Source: Basidiobolus meristosporus CBS 931.73
Lineage: Eukaryota; Fungi; Basidiobolomycota
Direction: 5' to 3'
NCBI GenBank assembly: GCA_002104905.1
Contig: MCFE01000043.1
Coordinates: 1-64,000, forward strand
Length of the DNA stretch: 64,000 nucleotides
In this document: positions 48,413 to 57,347 of the stretch, piece after piece
How the letters are laid out: each line of letters starts with the position of its first letter
Numbering within the stretch: the stretch's first letter is position 1
Notes under the pieces: model-generated
Told to the model about the DNA's origin: nothing
The model's database searches: none
The model's input: only the letters and a program-made list of their open reading frames with translations
Translations under genes and position numbers: made by a program

Positions 48413-48685
48413 ATGATTCCGTTCTCCGTAGCATCTTTTGTCAACAATGCCTACTGTCATCATCAAAGGTTTCCTCCGTATCGGTCTCCGTTCGCCTTCA
48501 CCCGTAGATCGCGAGATCCAGTGGTCATTTCCAGTCACGAGGTCAGGGAGGTAGACACCCCGTCTGTCGATGACCCCCCGCTTTACAGCACTGCCATCAG
48601 CTACGAATACGAGTACGATCCGGTTCCGAATTACGAAAATGGAAGCATCTTGCAGGTTGCGCCGCCACCCGCGTATCATTCATAG
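48413..48685 (+). CDS. PY-motif protein lacking a TM helix (PPLY, VPNY, PPAY), array member 4
   Basis: TATATATAAG at 48333; ends PPPAYHS*; AATAAA at about 48743. Confidence 0.65.
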   Translation: MIPFSVASFVNNAYCHHQRFPPYRSPFAFTRRSRDPVVISSHEVREVDTPSVDDPPLYSTAISYEYEYDPVPNYENGSILQVAPPPAYHS

Positions 48686-48793
48686 TCACCCGTCCATGTG
48701 TATTTCTACTGTATAATATGACTGTCAACTGGTACTTGACGAAATAAAGGGCATGTAATTAATAGATCACGTCGGGGCTTTAATTGTTGAATA

Positions 48794-48965
48794 TACAGTT
48801 TTTGAATGGGTCGACTGGAACCATGAAAATAAATGTACAGTTTTTGAACGGGTCGACTGGGAAACCGCTGAAAGTTATGTTGAAAATTTACAGTTTTTGA
48901 AGCGGGTTGACTGGGAAACCGTTGAGATAAAAATATGTACAGTTTTGGCAACGGGTTGTCTGTAA
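48794..48965. repeat. Four direct repeats of about TACAGTTTTTGAAYGGGTCGACTGGGAAACC
   Basis: Unit starts at 48794, 48836, 48889 and 48938. The last two recur inverted at about 52445-52514. Confidence 0.85.
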
Positions 48966-49052
48966 CCGCAGTGGACGCTTGTCTCAACCTCCTCCTCCCC
49001 CCGCCGCAAGCTCTCCCCCCGTTCCACTTCCCTTCACGCGCCGTTCATTCTT

Positions 49053-50444
49053 CTAAACAAGAGGCCACTTGGCCTTGAGCTTGCGTCCGAGTCCTGCTCT
49101 CTCAGCCACCTCTCTGGCATGCTTGTTCGCCTCGGTGATCACCTCCGCTTCGTCCATGGTCTTGAGCTCTCCTCCTTCAACCACAATCTTGCCATCCACA
49201 ACAACAATGTCCACCTGGCCACCGGTGGCAGTGTAGACCAGGGTGGAGACTGGGTTGAAGTCCGGGGTGGAGTTGAGTCGTTTCAAGTCAACCACAACCA
49301 GGTCCGCCTTCTTGCCGATCTCCAACGAGCCAATCTCGTCCTCGAGTCCGAGCGCCTTGGCTCCGTTGATGGTGGCCATCTCGAGGGCAGTCTCGGCTGG
49401 CACAATCACCGGGTCAAGGGTGCGAGCTTTGTGGAGGATGGCGGCGAGATGCATCTCGCGGATCATGTCGTAGGTGTTGTTGCATGGCGCTCCGTCAGTA
49501 CCCAGGCAGACGTTCACCTGGTTGTCTAGCAACTCGGGGACCTTGCAGATTCCAGAGGCAAGCTTGCAGTTGGAGGTGGGGTTGTGGGAAACGTGGGTGC
49601 CCGACTCACGGAGCTTCTCCATATCCTCATCTTCGAGCCATACCATGTGCACAAGCACTGTTTTCTTGCCAAGCATGCCAACGCTCTCGGCAAAGCCGAC
49701 CGGGCTGAGATCGTACTTTTCCTTACAGTACTTCATGTCAGCACTGACCTCGGCACAGTGCATGGTGATCCCCATGTCCTTCTCCTTGGCAATGGAACAC
49801 ATCTCTCTGTACAGCTCGGGGGTGACTCCACCTGGAGTACGGGCGCCGAACCATACATGGACTCGATCGTCACCTGAGCCATGCCACTTGTCATGCGCCT
49901 TCAGTACTCCGAGCAAGCTGGTCTCACGATCCTCCACAAGCCCCGGATGCATAGCGAAGCTGTCTTTCGTGGCGTAGGTGCCCACATCCATGACAATCCC
50001 ACCCAAGCAGGCACGGATTCCACTCTCAATACAGGCCTCGGCAATCCCATCGAATCCATACCGATGTGCCAGCATGGCCTCGAGGAAAGTGGTTGTCCCG
50101 GACTTGAGCATCTCAGCGATGGTGAGTCGAGCAGCAGCATACCCATCCTCATTGGTGAAGTTCCCTTGGAGCACCCAGACTCTCTCGCACAACCAGCCGA
50201 TCAACTCCAGATCGTCAGCGGCGCCACGAAGCAAGGACTGTGCGAGATGGACATGAGTGTTGACCAAACCGGGGATGATCAGCTTCCCCTCGACATCCAC
50301 GACCTTCTCGTCGGGATAGCGAGCAGTCAGCTCGGCAGCTTTACCGATATCAGCGATGCGGTTGCCCTCAGTGCGAATAGCACCGTTGAGAATGATTTCT
50401 CTACGGGCATTCATGGTGATGATGGTTGCATTGGTGAATAACAT
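49053..50444 (-). CDS. Metal-dependent amidohydrolase (MTA/SAH-deaminase / AtzA-TrzA-like), copy A, 463 aa
   Basis: VNTHVHL, MHCAE, LVH and GTDG metal-binding motifs; IGSLEIGKKADLVVVD. No intron. ATG at 50444. Confidence 0.92.
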   Translation of the reverse strand: MLFTNATIITMNARREIILNGAIRTEGNRIADIGKAAELTARYPDEKVVDVEGKLIIPGLVNTHVHLAQSLLRGAADDLELIGWLCERVWVLQGNFTNEDGYAAARLTIAEMLKSGTTTFLEAMLAHRYGFDGIAEACIESGIRACLGGIVMDVGTYATKDSFAMHPGLVEDRETSLLGVLKAHDKWHGSGDDRVHVWFGARTPGGVTPELYREMCSIAKEKDMGITMHCAEVSADMKYCKEKYDLSPVGFAESVGMLGKKTVLVHMVWLEDEDMEKLRESGTHVSHNPTSNCKLASGICKVPELLDNQVNVCLGTDGAPCNNTYDMIREMHLAAILHKARTLDPVIVPAETALEMATINGAKALGLEDEIGSLEIGKKADLVVVDLKRLNSTPDFNPVSTLVYTATGGQVDIVVVDGKIVVEGGELKTMDEAEVITEANKHAREVAERAGLGRKLKAKWPLV

Positions 50445-50958
50445 GGCGAACAAATTGACTGAGATGTATAGGGGCAGACAGAGGAGTATTTATATCTGAA
50501 TTAGTCCCAACCATGTGAATCATTGTACAATAGAATCTATACCAATCATACGCGTTCTCCACAGGGTAATTATCGAATCTGTTCTTAGCGTTATATTTGC
50601 CTGGGAAATAAATCCAAATGGAGCATTATTGACAGACCATTGGCTAGATGAGAATTGATAATCTTGAGTCAGTCATGTGTGAAAGAATGTTTCCTTACTA
50701 TTCCGCATGCTTTCCCACTGAACTAGCCTCATAGTAATATTGGACCCAACAAACAGGTAAGCGCCACTTCCCGTCGATTTCAAGCCAATTTAGGTCGCGA
50801 GCTTTCCGTGTGGTGAGTAGAATGGTTAGACCCTGTTCTTGATCAGTTGCCACTAAGTGTGGTAATGAAGTTGGCCTTGGGAGCGAACGGTCAGAATATG
50901 CTCCGAATTATAAAAGCAACGGTGGACTTGAGCAGAACTCAAAACCATATTTAGCAAC

Positions 50959-52350
50959 ATGCTTTTCACCAACGCCACCATCATCACCATGAATGCCCGT
51001 AGAGAAATCATTCTCAACGGTGCTATTCGCACTGAGGGCAACCGCATCGCTGATATCGGTAAAGCTGCTGAGCTGACTGCTCGCTATCCCGACGAGAAGG
51101 TCGTGGATGTCGAGGGGAAGCTGATCATCCCCGGTTTGGTCAACACTCATGTCCATCTCGCACAGTCCTTGCTTCGTGGCGCCGCTGACGATCTGGAGTT
51201 GATCGGCTGGTTGTGCGAGAGAGTCTGGGTGCTCCAAGGGAACTTCACCAATGAGGATGGGTATGCTGCTGCTCGACTCACCATCGCTGAGATGCTCAAG
51301 TCCGGGACAACCACTTTCCTCGAGGCCATGCTGGCACACCGGTATGGATTCGATGGGATTGCCGAGGCCTGTATTGAGAGTGGAATCCGTGCCTGCTTGG
51401 GTGGGATTGTCATGGATGTGGGCACCTACGCCACGAAAGACAGCTTCGCTATGCATCCGGGGCTTGTGGAGGATCGTGAGACCAGCTTGCTCGGAGTACT
51501 GAAGGCGCATGACAAGTGGCATGGCTCAGGTGATGATCGAGTCCATGTATGGTTCGGCGCCCGTACTCCAGGTGGGGTCACCCCCGAGCTGTACAAAGAG
51601 ATGTGCTCCATTGCCAAGGAGAAGGACATGGGGATCACCATGCACTGTGCCGAGGTCAGTGCTGACATGAAGTACTGTAAGGAAAAGTATGACCTCAGCC
51701 CAGTCGGCTTTGCCGAGAGCGTTGGCATGCTTGGCAAGAAAACAGTGCTTGTGCACATGGTATGGCTCGAAGATGAGGATATGGAGAAGCTCCGTGAGTC
51801 GGGCACCCACGTTTCCCACAACCCCACCTCCAACTGCAAGCTTGCCTCTGGAATCTGCAAGGTCCCCGAGTTGCTAGACAACCAGGTGAACGTCTGCCTG
51901 GGTACTGATGGAGCGCCATGCAACAACACCTACGACATGATCCGCGAGATGCATCTCGCCGCCATCCTCCACAAAGCTCGCACCCTTGACCCGGTGATTG
52001 TGCCAGCCGAGACTGCCCTCGAGATGGCCACCATCAACGGAGCCAAGGCGCTCGGACTCGAGGACGAGATTGGCTCGTTGGAGATCGGCAAGAAGGCGGA
52101 CCTGGTTGTGGTTGACTTGAAGCGACTCAACTCCACCCCGGACTTCAACCCAGTCTCCACCCTGGTCTACACCGCCACCGGTGGCCAGGTGGACATTGTT
52201 GTTGTGGATGGCAAGATTGTGGTTGAAGGAGGAGAGCTCAAGACCATGGACGAAGCGGAGGTGATCACCGAGGCGAACAAGCATGCCCGAGAGGTGGCTG
52301 AGAGAGCAGGACTCGGACGCAAGCTCAAGGCCAAGTGGCCTCTTGTTTAG
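50959..52350 (+). CDS. Metal-dependent amidohydrolase, copy B, 463 aa
   Basis: Identical to copy A except LYREM/LYKEM. TATAAAA at about 50909. Confidence 0.92.
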   Translation: MLFTNATIITMNARREIILNGAIRTEGNRIADIGKAAELTARYPDEKVVDVEGKLIIPGLVNTHVHLAQSLLRGAADDLELIGWLCERVWVLQGNFTNEDGYAAARLTIAEMLKSGTTTFLEAMLAHRYGFDGIAEACIESGIRACLGGIVMDVGTYATKDSFAMHPGLVEDRETSLLGVLKAHDKWHGSGDDRVHVWFGARTPGGVTPELYKEMCSIAKEKDMGITMHCAEVSADMKYCKEKYDLSPVGFAESVGMLGKKTVLVHMVWLEDEDMEKLRESGTHVSHNPTSNCKLASGICKVPELLDNQVNVCLGTDGAPCNNTYDMIREMHLAAILHKARTLDPVIVPAETALEMATINGAKALGLEDEIGSLEIGKKADLVVVDLKRLNSTPDFNPVSTLVYTATGGQVDIVVVDGKIVVEGGELKTMDEAEVITEANKHAREVAERAGLGRKLKAKWPLV

Positions 52351-52768
52351 AAGAATGAACGGCGCGTGAAGGGAAGTGGAACGGGGGGAGAGCTTGCGGC
52401 GGGGGGAGGAGGAGGTTGAGACAAGCGTCCACTGCGGTTACAGACAACCCGTTGCCAAAACTGTACATATTTTTATCTCAACGGTTTCCCAGTCAACCCG
52501 CTCAAAAACTGTACATTCGATTCTAATTCATTTGGTTCTTCTGAACTAATAAATAAACCCATTCAAAACCAGTCATTATGTAGCACTACTTTCTAAAACA
52601 AACGGCAGTATAATCTCCAACGTGTGTTAAAGGATTGAAGTACATACACTCTGACCAATGAATTCATTGACTGTCTGATTTATTAATAAATTGTAAGTGA
52701 AAGGTTTGTCAGGAACGAAGCTTCTGATGGAAAAGGGTGTACGTTTGTAGTGTGGGTTGTGATGACAA

Positions 52769-54573
52769 TTACTGGGCAGCCATCTCTGCTTGCTCATCTT
52801 CCTGTCGCAAGCGTTGTGTAAGCACAAGATCATGACCAGTGACTCTCTTGTAGACATCTTTGACTTCGTCGCACACCGACTCGAAGTGAGAGGTGGCATC
52901 ATAGGAGCGAGAAATGTAGACTTGATCCTTGGTACCGTCCTCCTTGGGCTCCTCAAGATCCGAGATGGCCACAAACCTAGATGGAATAATGATGAGTTCC
53001 AACCGAAAAGCTCCCGAAAATCCCCGAAAAATCGAATTACTTCTCAGTGACTGGGCCAAGCAAGTCCATGGCGGGCTTAATTTCGGCTTCGGGATTGCCG
53101 GTCTCAACAATAGTGGAGACAATGGCCAGGTAGTAGTTCTGTGCGCAGACATTGTGCGCCGCGGACACACAGGCAATGTAGATATCTAGCAAACACAGAT
53201 AGGTGAGCCCGGTGGGCGGGGTGGCGCGTGGGTGTCACGACTTACCGTTCTTTCTGCCAATCTGGTTCTGAGGGATGACGATTTGGATGGAGTCGGCATT
53301 GTTGGTGTTGGGAATTGGATGTTGAAGAAGGCAGATGGCTCTGATGACTTGGTCCACTTTGCGGACCTTGGAGGGGAAGTAGGATGGGTCACCAATCACC
53401 TGCTTGGCGCGAACGGTCTCCCCGTCAGATTTGACACCTTGGAAGACACCGTTATCGTCATAGATGATCTCGTCGATCTTTTTGTCGAGCATGTAGGTGC
53501 CACCATAGATAGCACTCAATCTATGCGATGTACCGGCTGTGTAAGTGCGCTGGATTGGAAAAGCGTGCAACTGTGTACGAACCTGGCGAATCCTTGAGGA
53601 AGCTCACCCAATCCGTAGAGAGGGTAGATGTAGGGGCTCTTTCCGTATCTGGCCATGGATGAGATGTACAGAACAATACGCTCATAAGCCTCACGGGCTG
53701 GCTTGTGCAAATAGCTAGTTTCCAAAGGGATATATTAGCCGACTTTCCATATACCTGTGGGCTTTCGGGGAGCTACTTACCTATCATCTAGGTACAAAGC
53801 CATGGCATGACCGACAAAGTCCTTGGTTCCTGGTTCGAGTCCGAACTTGGTATACACTTCGTCCATGGTGTTTCTGTCCAGGTCGAGTCCTAGGATAGAC
53901 GGGAGAAGTTCGTTAGGTCACCTCGATCCGGCTTAACCATGCTTGTTTCTTGCCAATACCTTGGTGTGTAGAGGGATCTTCGTCCCTCCAGTTCTGGAGG
54001 AACTCGAAGAACTTCTTAGCGCGACGCTTCTCGAAGAAACCCATCAAGGGGCTGGTAAGGGCTTCAACCTCGTTGGAAGGGACCTTGTTGATCTTGCCAC
54101 TGCGATAGACATAGGAGCCATCAATCTGTCGGAATTCCAGATAACGAGTGACGTCGGTGTGGGTCAAGATCTTGACAAGCTCACCGTTAGCCATCATGAA
54201 CTTGGGAATCAAGTCCACGTTGTAATCACGGTCGCGGCCGATGGAAGCGGGGGGCTCTTGGCCACCACGGAACTTTTTGTAGAGCTAAGGGGATGGCGAG
54301 TGTTCAGAAAGGAGGGACTCAGTGACGAAGATGGCGGGCGTGGTTACCTGGGTAAGATTTAAACTGGCACTCTCACCACCATAATAGTCGTTTCTATCCA
54401 TGTGGAGAACCTTCTTGCCCTCGACGGAAAGCAAGCCGGAGAGGATGCATTCGGTCAAACCGGTACCCAAAACGATGACATCATATTCTTCATCCTATAT
54501 GTTCCCATGCCACGAACTAAGGTTATTACACCGCGGAGGACATGACAACTGGCTTAGGAACGAGATTTACCAT
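52769..54573 (-). CDS. GDI1: Rab GDP-dissociation inhibitor, multi-exon (exon 1 is the ATG only)
   Basis: ATG|GTAAAT..TAG|[52 protein letters not shown] and YDATSHFE. Confidence 0.95.
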
Positions 54574-55135
54574 GTTGATACAAAATGCGGCAAAAGAGTC
54601 AGGTGTATCTCAAAGTAATAAAGCAATAACTTCCTTAGGAAAGAGGACCTAGGATCTGGTCTATTATTGTGGACAATAGGGTTACGAAATATCAGGAGAT
54701 TGAGCGCGCCCTACCCAGGCTCATATGAGACACTGAGTCAACGACAGGGGTCAAAACGCATGATATCGTCACCAACCACGCAATTCGCCATGAATTCCCT
54801 CATGAACACAAATATATCAGATGCATACTGCACTAACCCTAACCCTAATCCACGCCCTAATCCAGCCAGCAAATCGCCACCACCGAACAGTCCTGGGTCC
54901 AACAAATCAAATCACTACGCCGAAATCGCTGGAATATTCCACCAGCGGAGTGGTTATTTCGCTACAATGCAAAATCAATGCTAGCTCAAAGCTAGCTTTA
55001 TTCCGTAAATGTGGTGGTGATAGGGTTATTATGGGTCAGGGTAGCGTGGTAATGGCAGCGGAGTTATTACAGGTAAGAAGTGAAATAGAGCGGTGGTGGT
55101 GGTGGTGGTGGTGCCATTACAGGTGACATATCGGA

Positions 55136-56882
55136 TTAAGCCGATATTCTGTGCTGGCATTTTCGCACTTCGGCGCTCCAATCGGTGCGAATCACCACGA
55201 CGAATTCCAGCACGAAGCATATAATGTATGCTAGTAACACCCCTACCCAGAGGCCTTTCAAGCCGAGATGTCCATAAAAGGCTAAGGCGAAGCCGGCTGG
55301 TAGTGCAACAACGTAGTAAGTCCCAACCTTGATGAAGCGCTCCGATCTTCTGTTTCCCCAAGCCACGCAGGATTCCATTGCACACGCTGCCTACGGATTG
55401 GAAGAGCTGACAACAACCGTTGTTACTGATGGACGGGTGATAGACATGCTAACGCGGAGAATCCTTACCAGAATGACTGCAATCACCGGGAGGATATTGG
55501 AAACGAACGCCACCACGTCGTCGTTGTGATTGTACAGATATCCCCAGACGTCCCGAAGTCCCCATACAATACTGCAATTCAGTACTCCCACCACCGCACC
55601 CATCGTCAAAGCCACCTTTGCCATGAGCGATGCTCGATGTGGCTGCGCAGAGCCCACCAGATTTCCAACGCGGTTGCATGCAGCAATGGTGATTCCTATT
55701 CAACAAACCATCCAGTTAATCCTGGCTTGCTCCACTGATTCGTAACGAAGCGCTTACCCAACGACATCAACACAAACAGCATCAAGGTGGTTCCGATGAT
55801 TGTCTGGGCAGCTAGCGCCACCGTGCCCAGGTACGAAGTGGCCAAGGTGATGATCTCGAAAGCCCATACTTCACTGCTTATCATGATCATTCCTGGAAAT
55901 CCAAGGCTCAGGAAGGACCACCACCCTTCAAATGCTTTCTTGCTGAACCCGCCCCACCCCTGGCTGCCCTCGATCAGCATCGCGTACCCAACACACAGAA
56001 GCAAGTTGAGGAAATTGGTGATTCCTGCCGCTATGGGGGCGCCAATGAATCCCAGCGATGTGGGCGGGTGCACGACCAGGAGGTAGAATAAGCCCAAGCA
56101 TATCGGTGCCGTGATGGCCGACACGGCTGCTGATGCACGCATGAAACCTAAATGACCAGTAAGGTTAACCTTGAATCAAAGGGGATGGTGACCTGGGAGA
56201 TCGATCGAACCTTGCGCATTCAAATATCTTTTGACACACTCGGCGTACACTGAGCAGATCGCCGCTGGGATTGACCAAACGATGAAGGTAGCCGCCATTC
56301 GCGCGATCTCAGGGTTTTGCCCAATGGAGATCAGGATCGGCTCTGCATAGGTCCAAATCCATATGATCGGGAGGAATGCGATGGATTGGATCACAATGGC
56401 CCGCTGGAGATACACCCCAAGTAGGTGCTTATCCTCACTACCGGTGTGCGCCTGGCTACATAGGGTCTCCAATGCAGTGATCACTCCCAGGAATGGAGAG
56501 ACAGCTGTGCAAGCTTCAAACACCCCTCCCAAGGCACATGCGGCCAGCTCTTTGGTGCCCTTTCAACGACCTGGAGGGTTAGAACGGCGACGAATAGAGC
56601 GTTCGCTTCACAACATACCAACTGTCCCAGGGAGAACACCGTTCCATACTTGGTCAGGCTGGTCAGGAATGAGGCCAAAAGAATGGGTAATGCCTTGGCT
56701 AGAATGGAGTACGCCTCTTTGGGAATTTCAGAATACCATTTCTCTGGGTCAACGTCCAGAAACCTGCTTGCATCACCAAGCAAGGCTGTGGTCTCAGTGC
56801 CGGTTGTGAAGGTGTCGTCCCCATTTTTCCCGTTATCGGGATGGCCAAGAAGCCTCGCCTTGTCGAACGATTGAACAGTCAT
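55136..56882 (-). CDS. MATE family efflux transporter; apparent +1 frameshift near 55338
   Basis: GTKELAACALG, TALETLCSQAH, YLQRAI, PGMIMISSEVWAFEI and GILRGLGKQKIGA. The downstream YYVVALP frame is offset by one base. Confidence 0.8.
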
Positions 56883-57347
56883 AGAAGAGTGGGGTTTACA
56901 CGAGAAGGGCAAGTGGCATGAATTCGGCTGATACCAAAACCCAAAGCGATATAAAGATTTTAAGGATTGCTCAGAATCTCGCACCTAAGATCTAATTTAA
57001 ATGTGTGATGACAAATACTGGTGGCAAATAGCGATGATACGTAATTGGCATTGGGAAATTTCATTAACGGCTATATTCGCCATATCGAGTGAGTTGGTCA
57101 CGTTCGTAGGTTCATTAATACATGTCTCCACAGAACAGGTTGTCAAAGTCTCTGTCTCAGACGGCAAATCACGCTCTTGGTGTTTGTTGCCCGAACTCCC
57201 ATCAATTTAATTTAATACGAATTTATATACATCGCAAGGCTAGTGGCCGTTGTCACGTGAAGCGATGCCAACATGATACCTTGGTGAATCTGATCAACGC
57301 CAAATATAGTACAGTGCGTGAGGCAGCATCAATCTGACAACATCGCG

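Larger units (their letters stand above)
48889..52513. repeat. Large inverted repeat (arms about 48889-50444 and 50959-52513; unique spacer about 514 bp)
   Basis: Both CDSs plus about 165 bp of 3' flank are reverse complements of each other; the upstream regions are unrelated. Confidence 0.95.

Noticed and set aside
48794-48965. CRISPR-like appearance of the direct repeats
   Set aside because: Eukaryotic context, degenerate repeats, spacers only about 12-22 nt and partly similar to each other, and no cas genes.
54834-54862. Telomere-like CCCTAA units
   Set aside because: Only two perfect units plus variants, located in a short intergenic region; expected by chance or slippage.
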